Notes: generated by a model not told the origin, from the sequence alone. A stretch of DNA of 53,086 nt from a virus (IMGVR_UViG_3300025423_000028:1-53086); one strand, 5' to 3'. Positions 1 through 9,266 are shown, numbered from the stretch's first letter. A program made the numbers and translations.

Positions 1-55
1 TAAACACCACTCTCTGCGTCTTTAGCAATCTCTTGCAAGCAATCAGCACACACAA

Positions 56-484
56 TCATACCAACGCCTCCTCTGGCCATACGTAGGGAAGGTCATTTGG
101 CTCATCCCAAAACTGACCATACCATTCAGGGAGTTTACGTGTCAAGTTGCTTCGGTGACTCTCGTGTAAACCATAGTTACCCAGCCAGGATGGTTGTTGC
201 CATTCTGATAAAGGAATGTTAGTCACTAGAGCTTCTGTCTTCTCAAGACAAGTGTCTTTGTAACCACGAGAAGTCCATTCGTTGCAGATAGCACGTTGGT
301 ACATCATCAATGCACCACGGTGGCCTCGCCACATCTTTACAGCTGGGTGATTCTGCCAACCATAGGTCGGGTCACTTAGTGCCTTCATGATTTGCAGCGT
401 TTCTACACGTTGTTTACACAATCTTTGGCGGTCCATCACCTTGGCTGTCTCACTAAAATTTGCATAAGGCAAAAATGTCTGCAT
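56..484 (-). CDS. Pyrimidine-dimer DNA glycosylase/endonuclease V-like protein (MSMEG_6728 family)
   Basis: MQTFLPY..F, RLCKQRVETLQI, GWQNHPAVKMWRG, PSWLG..LHESHRSNL and LPYVWP motifs typical of this family. Confidence 0.85.
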   Translation of the reverse strand: MQTFLPYANFSETAKVMDRQRLCKQRVETLQIMKALSDPTYGWQNHPAVKMWRGHRGALMMYQRAICNEWTSRGYKDTCLEKTEALVTNIPLSEWQQPSWLGNYGLHESHRSNLTRKLPEWYGQFWDEPNDLPYVWPEEALV

Positions 485-486
485 AC

Positions 487-1770
487 TTACTCTCCACTAG
501 CTTCTTCATACTCTCTAACAATACTAAGGTTTGTACGATCGCGCAACTCGAAACCCATCATCCAAGACTTGAGGTCACTACGACGTGACTTCATTATATC
601 CATAACTAGTGCTTCTTGACGCTTCATCTCTGCCGTAGCACCAATACCGAGAGCAATGTCAACGACCTGCTCGATCTGAGAGCTTAGTCCAATGTTGCCC
701 AGACCGCCACGACCCTTCTTACTCTTGGTAGCTTCACGGTTGAACTGTGCCAGCCATACGGATGCCATGCCCATCTCACGGTTGATAGAAGCAACGTCAT
801 TGATTACCTCAGCCATCTGAAGTGACTGGTAGTTACTCGATGAACCAAAGTTCTTATCACCAGTAATCCATGAGAGCTGGTCACCAACAACGAGGTCAGC
901 TCCCCAGTGCTTAGCCTTGGAATAGATCTCCAGGACACTACGCTCAGACTTCTTGCTAGGAGAGTCGATTACCAAGTACTCACCGAACTCCATGATTTCT
1001 TCACGGGCTTCCTTGAGCCGCTTCAACTCGTTTGGGGTGAGCTCACCGCGTTCGTATCGAGCGTACGGCACACCACTAGCAATGCAGTCAAGCCTTGTGA
1101 GCGTCATCTCCTTACGTAGCTCTAGTGACGCAAAGTAAACCTTGTTCTTGCGTCGTGCAGCCTCGAGTGCAATCACTGAACCAATCCATGACTTACCAAC
1201 GTTAGGGATGCCGACCACTACAGCTAGCTCACCCTTCTGGATGCCATAGAGGTGATCATTCAATGCATCCCAGCCGAGGTAGATACCCTTCTTGTTCTTT
1301 GTAGGGTTAGAAACCTCATCAAGGTAGTCATTGACACGGCGGTCATAGCCTTCACCATAGACTTCGATCCGTTCACGGGTGCTGGTGTCATTCTGAATCT
1401 TTGATAAGCTACTGAGTGCTAGGGCGATACCTTCTTCTGGATCAGCTTCCAGTGCATTGGCTGCCTTCAGAAGAACACTCTGCGTTGTAGCCTTACGGTA
1501 CTTTGCAACCATCTCTTCGATAAGGACGCCTACTAGGTAGGTTTCTTCTGGCCACTCATTGCGTGCGAAATAGTCAGCAAACTTTGTCTCCAAGAAATCT
1601 TGGTCAACCGTTTGCTTGAACTCACTACGCACATAGTAATCAAGGCTGTAGTCGAAGAGCTCTCTGACACCTGGGTCAAAGAAGTGCTCGCTACGAATAC
1701 CCTTGTTCCAGATTTCGTTGAACGATTCCAGATTTGTAAAATGCTTTACGAGGCTTTTCTCTAGGTCCAT
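487..1770 (-). CDS. dnaB: Replicative DnaB-like (SF4) helicase
   Basis: Walker A GIPNVGKS, SLE motif, LAQFNRE, SSQIEQVVD, KSR arginine-finger region. Confidence 0.9.
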   Translation of the reverse strand: MDLEKSLVKHFTNLESFNEIWNKGIRSEHFFDPGVRELFDYSLDYYVRSEFKQTVDQDFLETKFADYFARNEWPEETYLVGVLIEEMVAKYRKATTQSVLLKAANALEADPEEGIALALSSLSKIQNDTSTRERIEVYGEGYDRRVNDYLDEVSNPTKNKKGIYLGWDALNDHLYGIQKGELAVVVGIPNVGKSWIGSVIALEAARRKNKVYFASLELRKEMTLTRLDCIASGVPYARYERGELTPNELKRLKEAREEIMEFGEYLVIDSPSKKSERSVLEIYSKAKHWGADLVVGDQLSWITGDKNFGSSSNYQSLQMAEVINDVASINREMGMASVWLAQFNREATKSKKGRGGLGNIGLSSQIEQVVDIALGIGATAEMKRQEALVMDIMKSRRSDLKSWMMGFELRDRTNLSIVREYEEASGE

Positions 1771-1782
1771 TTTCTTACTTTC

Positions 1783-2583
1783 TTATAGGATTTTGCGCTG
1801 GATACCGGACTTGATTTCATCAAGTGTACGGTCTCTTGCGTACTCACGGTAGTCGATGCCCTCCATCGAATGAACGATCATACGTTCTTTCAATAGCGAG
1901 AAGATAGCACTACCGTATCCTTCGTTTAGTTCTTCAATCGTCATGTTAGTCGTAATGAACGTCGGTCGGTTATCCAACGCACGCTGACGCAACACATGGT
2001 CAAACGTTGCTTCACTCAAGTTGTTCTTAGTGCGGAACTCCTTACCGATGTCGTCCAAGAAGAACACATCACTCTTGACAACCTTGCTCTCAAAACGAGC
2101 TTTGTCATCGTTGCTACCCCAGCCACGGGTGAATTCATCAACCATCTGAGTGAACGTAGCAAAGTATACCTTGTAGCCCAGCTTAACTAGCTCTTTAGCC
2201 AGAAGGCTGGTGAGCAAAGTCTTCCCTGTTCCCCAAGAACCATTGTAAAGTAGGCCCATGCCACCCTTTACGAAGTCCTTGTGCTGACCCAAGTAGATAC
2301 GAGCTAATGCCAACGCCTTCTCATCACCGTGGAAGTCATGCCAGTCAAGCTTCTGGTAGTTTAGCCCGATACCTGCACGCAGGTAGTGCTTATACAACTG
2401 TAGCTGTGTCTTGCAATCTCCGCAACTGTGGTCCTCACATGTTGGGCAACCACGCTTGTTGAAAGACTCAAATTGTGGATACTTCTGTTCTAGGTAGTCA
2501 ATCTCATCATCGTCTAAAAACTCATACTTGAGATTGACATAATCTTTCTGCCAATCAAACAGCGAATCGTTTAAGGAAGTCAT
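1783..2583 (-). CDS. DnaC/IstB-like AAA+ ATPase (helicase loader)
   Basis: CPTC..C.DC Zn site, Walker A GSWGTGKT, Walker B FFLDDIG, ITTN, adjacent to dnaB. Confidence 0.85.
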   Translation of the reverse strand: MTSLNDSLFDWQKDYVNLKYEFLDDDEIDYLEQKYPQFESFNKRGCPTCEDHSCGDCKTQLQLYKHYLRAGIGLNYQKLDWHDFHGDEKALALARIYLGQHKDFVKGGMGLLYNGSWGTGKTLLTSLLAKELVKLGYKVYFATFTQMVDEFTRGWGSNDDKARFESKVVKSDVFFLDDIGKEFRTKNNLSEATFDHVLRQRALDNRPTFITTNMTIEELNEGYGSAIFSLLKERMIVHSMEGIDYREYARDRTLDEIKSGIQRKIL

Positions 2584-3016
2584 CTGTACTCATTAACCCT
2601 TCTGAACTTGGTCGGTTCTCTTCTTTAATCTTATCTTGCTGGAGTTCAATGTACAGTGTATCTTGAATCCACTTACTACCTTTTGAGAAAGCTGTCAGCG
2701 TCATTACCTGATCATTAATCTTGCCCTTGTGCTTATCGAACAAGAGCTTAATCATATAACCAGCATCAGCGCCATAACGTTCTCTGAACGACTTAAGGAT
2801 TGACGTTTCCTTAACCCATTCTACGTTGTACTCATAACCCTGAGTCTCTTTAAACCTACTACAAAAATAGAGTAGAAGATCCCGAGCATCGGCCCTTGAC
2901 AAATCTAACTCTTTAACAAGATCTTCCTTGGTTGCTGCTTGTTGTACTTCTATTACCTCATCGTAACTATCATCATCATAGTTAGCGAGGGGTCCATCAA
3001 AGCTTTTCTCTTCCAT
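2555..3016 (-). CDS. Hypothetical protein, possibly replication-associated
   Basis: 153-aa ORF coupled to the loader gene; function guessed from position only. Confidence 0.55.
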   Translation of the reverse strand: MEEKSFDGPLANYDDDSYDEVIEVQQAATKEDLVKELDLSRADARDLLLYFCSRFKETQGYEYNVEWVKETSILKSFRERYGADAGYMIKLLFDKHKGKINDQVMTLTAFSKGSKWIQDTLYIELQQDKIKEENRPSSEGLMSTDDFLKRFAV

Positions 3017-3383
3017 TTTTGATCCCTCTCACTGACAAGAACTTATCACATACATCAGAGAACATCTGGATCTTCTTACTGATCCATTCCTGTGTCTCTT
3101 TATCATAGTCGTGCAATCCATTGCCATTTGGGCCAATGGCAGAAATGTTGCCCTTACCCAGTAGCAAAAAGCGCCACTGGATGTCAGCATTGTTCTTGTC
3201 ATTCTCTTCGTGACCATACAGCTGGATCCAGTCTTCATCCATGCCACACAGGTAGCCTTCATAAACAAAGCCATCACTGAAGATTTGAACTTCTTGGCGT
3301 CTGCTAGCAATGATAGCAATGTTTCTTTCAAACATTGTATCGTTCGCATGAGCTAACTTATTTTCTTTAACTAACTTATCCAC
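2997..3383 (-). CDS. Hypothetical protein
   Basis: 128-aa ORF tightly packed in the operon. Confidence 0.6.
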   Translation of the reverse strand: MDKLVKENKLAHANDTMFERNIAIIASRRQEVQIFSDGFVYEGYLCGMDEDWIQLYGHEENDKNNADIQWRFLLLGKGNISAIGPNGNGLHDYDKETQEWISKKIQMFSDVCDKFLSVRGIKNGREKL

Positions 3384-3385
3384 AA

Positions 3386-3682
3386 TTATTCACCTTTGTG
3401 CTTCCAACTATCAAAGTCGACATTGAAATTACCCCACTTAGAGTTTCCAAAGAAGTTTGGGGTTTCTTCTTCCTCATTCATTTTCCATGTTAATGCAGTA
3501 GCGAAATCCCACGCAAGGATAAACGGTGACAGCACTAGCATGATTGGTACTACGATTATAAAAACGATTGACATACCCAAGGCAATAAAAAACTTGAATA
3601 CACTTGAGTCTGAGTTGTTGTTGATAATTCGTTTAAATGTTTTACGTCTTTTGTGCTGCATAAAAAAATCAGTCGTAGACAT
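3386..3682 (-). CDS. Small membrane protein
   Basis: Long hydrophobic segment FFIALGMSIVFIIVVPIMLVLSPFILAW; AAGGAG SD upstream. Confidence 0.6.
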   Translation of the reverse strand: MSTTDFFMQHKRRKTFKRIINNNSDSSVFKFFIALGMSIVFIIVVPIMLVLSPFILAWDFATALTWKMNEEEETPNFFGNSKWGNFNVDFDSWKHKGE

Positions 3683-3698
3683 GATTCACTCTCCTTAC

Positions 3699-4763
3699 TT
3701 AAATAAATCCATCTTCAAATGGATCTCCAATGTCTTCTTCATCAGTATAAATGTTGAAATCATCAACGCTATCAAACTGATCAAAGAAATCTGGGAATTG
3801 CATGTAACCAACTTCGCATATCCGCATAACCATCATATCTTCTAAAAGGTACAATGATTCTACATCATCATCGCTGTTAATTGCGATGGTGCTTATGTTG
3901 TCATGCCATTCACTTATAAAATCAGTTATCTCATCGTAGTCTCTTACCTCTACCAATTTGACATCACCATAGAGATTATCAAATATTGATTCAGAGTTCA
4001 AACTATCAAGACGAACAGACTTAGATATATATATTGAGCTAAGCATACCATTGATTAGTTCACTACGTTGAGAAAAGTTTATCTTTTCCCGGTACCCGTC
4101 GATGAAACCCTCATACAAAGCAGCCATGTTTTGACTGAACTGTTTGGCATGCTTCTTTTTTATCTTTCCTATTACAAAATAGAACTTAGGGGCGAGTGTG
4201 CCTTCCCCGTAGAAAGAGAAGAAATCAAAACAGATTTGATTAATTATTGTAGGCGTTAAGTGTTCTTCACGAATGATACCGAAGCTGAACTTGTATCCAT
4301 GTTCCCACACCCGTCGATCAACAGATTCATAATCTCGGTATGTTTCCATGGTGTTTTTGTTGCCAAAAACAATTATGTCAGTAGCATTTTCAATCTCTTC
4401 AAGCCACTCCTGATCAAGTTGCATACAGTTATCTATATCTGTATACAGTTTTGTTCTTACGTCCCCAGCGTGGTAGTCAAACACATTTTGGACCATGAAG
4501 CTTTCATCTACATTCGGGGTCTTGACCACGACGCTGATTGGGCCAGCAAGTTTAAGGCAAAGGAAAACACTCTTGGCTAACATCCAGGGTGTATCTCTTG
4601 ACCCAATGATTACAAACTTGCGCTCAGTTTTTTCTACATACTCTTCAAAATCTTTTGGCACTTCTAAGTGCTCTATGATCATTCTGTAGTCGTTCTCTAA
4701 GAACCTGCCGTACTGTTCAAGAATGCTAACGGTATCCAATTCAGGATTGATCACCCATGTCAT
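3699..4763 (-). CDS. LuxC/acyl-CoA reductase-like (ALDH-fold) protein, catalytic Cys apparently replaced by Thr
   Basis: IIGSRDTP..VVVKTP, DIIVFGNKNT, HGYKFSFGII and DFFSFYGEGTLAPKFYFV align by eye with LuxC blocks (GNxP, VK, DAVIAxGxDxT, GHxxSFxV, DxxxYDQxGCLSP). Confidence 0.65.
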   Translation of the reverse strand: MTWVINPELDTVSILEQYGRFLENDYRMIIEHLEVPKDFEEYVEKTERKFVIIGSRDTPWMLAKSVFLCLKLAGPISVVVKTPNVDESFMVQNVFDYHAGDVRTKLYTDIDNCMQLDQEWLEEIENATDIIVFGNKNTMETYRDYESVDRRVWEHGYKFSFGIIREEHLTPTIINQICFDFFSFYGEGTLAPKFYFVIGKIKKKHAKQFSQNMAALYEGFIDGYREKINFSQRSELINGMLSSIYISKSVRLDSLNSESIFDNLYGDVKLVEVRDYDEITDFISEWHDNISTIAINSDDDVESLYLLEDMMVMRICEVGYMQFPDFFDQFDSVDDFNIYTDEEDIGDPFEDGFI

Positions 4764-5707
4764 CGTAGACCTCTACCAAACCTGCTTGATTCACGCCATA
4801 GATTCCCATGCTTCCAACGATCTTTAATCTGTACGAACCCAAGCTCATCATATAACTTAATAAGCTCTAACTCATTAGGATCGCCGGGTTGGATAGGGTT
4901 GAACTGTAGGTTGCCCAGTGGTGGGAACGGAATATCATTATCAATCCCCAACTCGATAAGCTGTTTAGCTTTCAGCACTGTATCTATGTGCTCAGAAATC
5001 TTTGGGTCATCCAGGCCTAGTACGGTGCTCAAGTCTCCATGCTCAGCAATAAGTTTTGTTGCTTTCTTTGGACCAATACCTGGGATACCCTTTACGTTGT
5101 CACCCTTGTCTCCCATAAGAGCCCAGATTTCAGTTAGTCTCCATGGTTCTACGCCCCACTGGTTCATAACCGCAGCAATGTCGTAGATCTCTTCTTCAAT
5201 GTCTTTAGAACTAATGCTTGGTTTTACAACAATAATGTTTTCTCTGATTAGTTGGTGCATATCGTGGTCAGCACTGACGATTACTACCTTGTCAAAGATA
5301 GGGGCTAGGCTAAGAGCAGCGGTGGCAATGATGTCGTCTGCTTCTACGTCTTGCACCCGCATAAATGGCAAACCATTACGCAAACAAACTTGCATAAAAA
5401 GATCAAGCTGGGGTCTAAACTCTTGAGAAAAAGCATCGTCGATTGGCTTTGATGAGGTCTTCTTATTCCTGTTAGCTTTGTATTCTGGGTCGATCGCCAA
5501 ACGCTTGGAGCTCTTACCTTTATCGAAGGCTATAAAAGCATGTGTTGGTTCGTACTTACGTACCATGCTAGCAACAACGTTGAAAGCACCGAACACTCCC
5601 CAGGTTCCTGAACCATCAGGTGCACTGAGACCTTGACGCATCAAACCCGCGAACGATCTAATAAAACAATTATGTCCATCAAAGATAAGCAACGTTGATT
5701 TTTTCAT
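4760..5707 (-). CDS. 5'-3' exonuclease/flap endonuclease (PolA N-terminal type)
   Basis: DGHN, AFD, YKANR, EADDIIAT, SADHD, H3TH ALMGDKGDNVKGIPGIGPKKA. Confidence 0.92.
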   Translation of the reverse strand: MKKSTLLIFDGHNCFIRSFAGLMRQGLSAPDGSGTWGVFGAFNVVASMVRKYEPTHAFIAFDKGKSSKRLAIDPEYKANRNKKTSSKPIDDAFSQEFRPQLDLFMQVCLRNGLPFMRVQDVEADDIIATAALSLAPIFDKVVIVSADHDMHQLIRENIIVVKPSISSKDIEEEIYDIAAVMNQWGVEPWRLTEIWALMGDKGDNVKGIPGIGPKKATKLIAEHGDLSTVLGLDDPKISEHIDTVLKAKQLIELGIDNDIPFPPLGNLQFNPIQPGDPNELELIKLYDELGFVQIKDRWKHGNLWRESSRFGRGLR

Positions 5708-6051
5708 GAAGGATTATTACCTTTTCTATATCTAAGTCTGTGAGCCTTAACGGGTTCTTTGAAAGCATCTACTCTTAAAACTATTAATCGAAGCTGCCTG
5801 TCGGTCATTTTATTACACCTTCTCAATGCATGAGCTATCCTAAGTATATCATTTAAGCTATACCTACGATTACCCCCGGCAGTCCTATTAATTTCAATAG
5901 GATCACCGGAGGCATCGAAAAGATATTGCTCTTTCTTTTTGAAAGTGTTTGGCTTAAGATCAAAGAATGCTGCAGCCATTGCTACTGAGAATAGCAAGTC
6001 ATCATCCCTTAGAGGGATTATTCTTTTTGGTCTCTTATAGGGTTCGGACAT
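5704..6051 (-). CDS. MerR-like helix-turn-helix protein
   Basis: SVAMAAAFFDLKPNTF..RTAGGNRRYSLNDI pattern. Confidence 0.7.
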   Translation of the reverse strand: MSEPYKRPKRIIPLRDDDLLFSVAMAAAFFDLKPNTFKKKEQYLFDASGDPIEINRTAGGNRRYSLNDILRIAHALRRCNKMTDRQLRLIVLRVDAFKEPVKAHRLRYRKGNNPS

Positions 6052-6724
6052 AGAAAGCTGAGCGAACCTTGCCAGGAGTGGTTGCCTTAACTACCTGCTC
6101 CATGCCGATGTTACCAAGCTTGAGTTCCTTCTCGAGGGCTTCCTCGTTCAGCTCACGTGTAACGGTAGTCTCTTCTACAGTCTTGCCATCAGGGTAGGTG
6201 ATGGTTCGGTAGTTGTGGATAAGGTTGGTAACAGAATGGAACTGGTCTTCATCAAGTACCTGCTCGAGCAAGTCAACATCAACTGTGAGCTTACCACCAG
6301 AGACTTCCTTAGAGAGCTTGATGCCATTCTCAGGACTAACAAGGTAACCGCTGTTCGCCAGTGGGTCTTCACCGTTCATAGAAATCTTAAGGTCAATAAC
6401 CTCAGTGGTGTACTTCTTAAGAGCGGACTCACGGCCTTCGACAATGTCCTTAGCCTTGCGCACAGCAAGCAACTCTGCTGCAATCGTGTCGACTTCAAGA
6501 GCACTGAGAGGCTTTACCTCGCTAATGTCAGCGGTGTAAAGGACATCGTTAAGTTCAGCGAACGCCTCGATAGCAACGTTAATTCCTGCTTCGTTTGCGC
6601 TAGCACGACGAATGTCGGCTCGGGTGGGAACCTTAGTAGTTTCCCCAAACGTAGGGTCCGTTACTTCCTGGAGTGGAGTAGTAGCGGGTTGCTTCCTTTG
6701 GGGCATAATGTAGTTTTGTGGCAT
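6035..6724 (-). CDS. Hypothetical protein
   Basis: 229-aa ORF with AAGGAG SD and its own sigma70-type promoter. Confidence 0.7.
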   Translation of the reverse strand: MPQNYIMPQRKQPATTPLQEVTDPTFGETTKVPTRADIRRASANEAGINVAIEAFAELNDVLYTADISEVKPLSALEVDTIAAELLAVRKAKDIVEGRESALKKYTTEVIDLKISMNGEDPLANSGYLVSPENGIKLSKEVSGGKLTVDVDLLEQVLDEDQFHSVTNLIHNYRTITYPDGKTVEETTVTRELNEEALEKELKLGNIGMEQVVKATTPGKVRSAFYVRTL

Positions 6725-6753
6725 TTTCTGTCTCCTTACTTGTTGTTATATAG

Positions 6754-6782
6754 AATCTAGCATCCCCGGTTGGGAATGTCAA
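6754..6782 (-). promoter_or_regulatory. SigA/sigma70-type promoter
   Basis: Minus strand TTGACA-17 nt-TAGATT with extended -10 (TGC), upstream of 6724. Confidence 0.75.
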
Positions 6783-6790
6783 ATAGTAAT

Positions 6791-7345
6791 TCATACTTGT
6801 CTTACGAGCAACTCAACGGTGTCAACTTCATACAATGGGCCTCCAACACCGATAGCTGTTACTGTAGCACGATGTGCTGCTTCGATCACATCTTTTTTGG
6901 TCCATTCACCTTCGTTTCCTAGGGCACCTAGAGCTTCGCTTTGGCCTGAGCCAATTGCATATCTTGCGCTAATAGGGATAGTTACACCGAAGTCTTGATC
7001 AATCACAACGAGGGTGCTGTCCCAGGCCATAATGAATGAGCTCTCGTAGTCTTCCATCTTAATACCGTTGTCAATCAAAGCATCACGCATCCGGGGAACT
7101 ACTTCTTTAACGATGAACTCTTCCACTGGAGTAAGGCCTCGGTAGTATGGCCAGGCGACATGATACTTGATGATCTGAAGCTCACGTAGATTGCCCGCAC
7201 CACCAAAGATATATCCCTCATGTACCTCGTCTACCCATACCTTACTGTAGCCATCGCTATCCCTAGTATAGGGTGTAGAGAGCTCAGAGTCACCAACAAT
7301 AACGACACCATTATCAGCGGTCACTGCTGCTGCAATCACGGTCAT
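6791..7345 (-). CDS. Proteasome beta-subunit/HslV-like Ntn hydrolase
   Basis: M-T start (Thr1 after Met removal), GDSELS, SKVW, GGAG, AIGSG, GVGGP. Confidence 0.8.
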   Translation of the reverse strand: MTVIAAAVTADNGVVIVGDSELSTPYTRDSDGYSKVWVDEVHEGYIFGGAGNLRELQIIKYHVAWPYYRGLTPVEEFIVKEVVPRMRDALIDNGIKMEDYESSFIMAWDSTLVVIDQDFGVTIPISARYAIGSGQSEALGALGNEGEWTKKDVIEAAHRATVTAIGVGGPLYEVDTVELLVRQV

Positions 7346-7467
7346 TCTTCCACCTTTTCGAAATCGCCATCCCAGTTAGTAGCACCTGACATCCATGCAG
7401 CAAATGCTGCACCAAGCTCATCAGGTTGGATGTTGTGCTTTTCTACAAACTTATCGAAGTCATCCAT
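7342..7467 (-). CDS. Small hypothetical protein, 41 aa (not in ORF track)
   Basis: MDDFDKFVEKHNIQPDELGAAFAAWMSGATNWDGDFEKVEE; TAATG overlap upstream and ATGA overlap downstream. Confidence 0.7.
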   Translation of the reverse strand: MDDFDKFVEKHNIQPDELGAAFAAWMSGATNWDGDFEKVEE

Positions 7468-7805
7468 TAGTAATAGTCATCCTCATCAGTATTGGGCTTT
7501 TCATCCTCAGGGTCACCCTCAGCAGCATCCATAAGAGCTTCACGGAACTCTTCTGCGGTCTCTTCCTTCGGGGCTTCTTCCTTGGGGGTTTGTTCGTTGA
7601 TCAGTTCTTTGACAACTGAAGCAAATTGTGGACCTACGATCTCATCCCACATAAGTGCAAACTGATGTGGTAGGGCATCTGGCTTGATTTCATCATCAAT
7701 CATTCTAATCTCACAACCAACTTCGGGCTTGATCCAATCCCATTCACCACGGGCATTCTTTACTTGGAGAGTAGCTCCAATGTTTACTGACAACTTCAAT
7801 TCCAT
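7467..7805 (-). CDS. Hypothetical acidic protein
   Basis: 112-aa ORF, AGGA SD. Confidence 0.6.
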   Translation of the reverse strand: MELKLSVNIGATLQVKNARGEWDWIKPEVGCEIRMIDDEIKPDALPHQFALMWDEIVGPQFASVVKELINEQTPKEEAPKEETAEEFREALMDAAEGDPEDEKPNTDEDDYY

Positions 7806-7814
7806 AATCTTCCT

Positions 7815-8147
7815 TTAGCTAAGTAACTTTTTGATATTTTCAACAACATATTTACTGTCTTCGAGCAATGAATGCTCAATGCTAACATCGTTGTTCGCAA
7901 TTAATTCTACCATAGATTCGACAGTGTTAACAATAATATTTAATGCACGCTCAGAAAGAACATACTCATATACAAGTGGTTCTTTTACTTCGTCGTTCTT
8001 CGGTAGGCTTTCGCCAATTTCCTTAAGCCTTTTGTTTTCTTTCTGGGCTCTCTTACCAAGCATTGCTACCTCCCAGCCAACAGCCATGCCCGCTAGAGCA
8101 TGTTGACGACTCTTCTTATAGTTTGGCTTCTTATTAATATCAAACAT
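7815..8147 (-). CDS. Hypothetical protein
   Basis: 110-aa ORF, AAGGAG SD, TATAAT at 8169-8174. Confidence 0.6.
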   Translation of the reverse strand: MFDINKKPNYKKSRQHALAGMAVGWEVAMLGKRAQKENKRLKEIGESLPKNDEVKEPLVYEYVLSERALNIIVNTVESMVELIANNDVSIEHSLLEDSKYVVENIKKLLS

Positions 8148-8181
8148 ATTTTCTCCTTACTATTTTTTATTATACACTACG

Positions 8182-8253
8182 TGCCTCCACTCAGACTCGA
8201 ACTGAGATCCCAGGGTTAGAACTCCTTTGCACTGTCCCTTGTGCTATAGAGGC
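8182..8253 (-). tRNA. tRNA-Arg(TCT) with atypical anticodon arm
   Basis: GCCTCTA/TGGAGGC acceptor, GCAC/GTGC D stem with A20, loop GT-TCT-AA, CTCAG-TTCGAGT-CTGAG T arm. Confidence 0.8.
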
Positions 8254-8259
8254 GTAAAA

Positions 8260-8538
8260 CTAATAAATAAGATCGTCCAATTCTTCTAGTGTACCATATT
8301 GTAACACTGATATGCCATTAAAAATTTCATCAAAATTTTCTTCAACAGTATTCATAATGTCATAAATTTTATCGATATCACCATACGGGCTAATTTGTGT
8401 CATGCGATGAGCTGCCCTTAGGTTGTGGCCAATGATCCACGACCTTGAATCATAATATTTATTTTTATCAAATATCATTTTGCCACAACCGCAAGCACAT
8501 TCTATTTGTTCAATTTCGACTCTATACTGCGGTGACAT
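8260..8538 (-). CDS. Hypothetical protein with CxCGCG..GHN motif
   Basis: ECACGCG and WIIGHN, a metal-binding module often N-terminal to phage endonucleases; no nuclease domain follows. Confidence 0.55.
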   Translation of the reverse strand: MSPQYRVEIEQIECACGCGKMIFDKNKYYDSRSWIIGHNLRAAHRMTQISPYGDIDKIYDIMNTVEENFDEIFNGISVLQYGTLEELDDLIY

Positions 8539-8834
8539 TAGTGCTTCACTCCATGATCATCATCAAACTTCTTGTGCTCCTTGCGCCAGAGTCGCTTACC
8601 CCAAGCAAGGCCTACAGCCAAGATTACCAGGTCTTCCACTGTAGAGTAGAACAGCTCAGCGGTAGCGTGTGGTGCATCTGTGATCAAACCTACAGCTTTT
8701 TGTAGGTAACCAGACCCACCTGGTTGTTCACCAATCCATTGAGAATGGATAAGGTGCACAGCGCCAATGATTGCAAAAAGAATGATTATTACTATTACTG
8801 GTACTGCTAGGAAAAACTTATTCCTACTCTTCAC
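8538..8834 (-). CDS. Small membrane protein
   Basis: N-terminal hydrophobic helix and a second hydrophobic segment; AAGGAG SD. Confidence 0.6.
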   Translation of the reverse strand: MKSRNKFFLAVPVIVIIILFAIIGAVHLIHSQWIGEQPGGSGYLQKAVGLITDAPHATAELFYSTVEDLVILAVGLAWGKRLWRKEHKKFDDDHGVKH

Positions 8835-8846
8835 TTCTACTCCTTA

Positions 8847-9080
8847 CTAGTTGGTATCAAAGATATTAACATCAATTCCGTTGGCACGCAAAACATTTAA
8901 TGCTTCTTCATAAACAGGATTATTAAGAGTGTTAGCTGCGGGGGCTGCACTTTTAAGTATACCCTTAATCCACATACTATTAGCTGAGTAATTACTAAAC
9001 GCCGCTACCAATTTTGGCTCAGCAGGAATCTTGCACAACTCTAGCATGATTGTGGCTGCTTGTTTTAAATTCATTGTCAT
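8847..9080 (-). CDS. Hypothetical protein
   Basis: 77-aa ORF, AAGGAG SD right after tRNA-Trp. Confidence 0.6.
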   Translation of the reverse strand: MTMNLKQAATIMLELCKIPAEPKLVAAFSNYSANSMWIKGILKSAAPAANTLNNPVYEEALNVLRANGIDVNIFDTN

Positions 9081-9090
9081 ACTAACTCCT

Positions 9091-9164
9091 TGGCCCGGGT
9101 GCTAGGAATTGAACCTAGTCGAGCGGTTTTGGAGACCGCCATGCTACCGTAACATCTCACCCGA
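9091..9164 (-). tRNA. tRNA-Trp(CCA)
   Basis: GCGGT-CT-CCA-AA-ACCGC anticodon arm, GGTTCAATTCC T loop, encoded 3' CCA. Confidence 0.92.
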
Positions 9165-9192
9165 ATATCTTATGAATTAAATCTTTTATTTG

Positions 9193-9263
9193 TGCCTCAA
9201 GCAGGAATCGAACCCACATTAGATCATTACAAGTGACCTGTACTACCATTGTACTATTGAGGC
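9193..9263 (-). tRNA. tRNA-Thr(TGT)
   Basis: GCCTCAA/TTGAGGC acceptor, GGTCA-CT-TGT-AA-TGATC, GGTTCGATTCC. Confidence 0.9.
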
Positions 9264-9266
9264 TAA

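Noticed and set aside
8182-8253. Reading the TTCTAAC loop as an amber suppressor (CTA) implying recoding
   Set aside because: That register pairs poorly, A20 indicates Arg, and TAG ends many intact genes here
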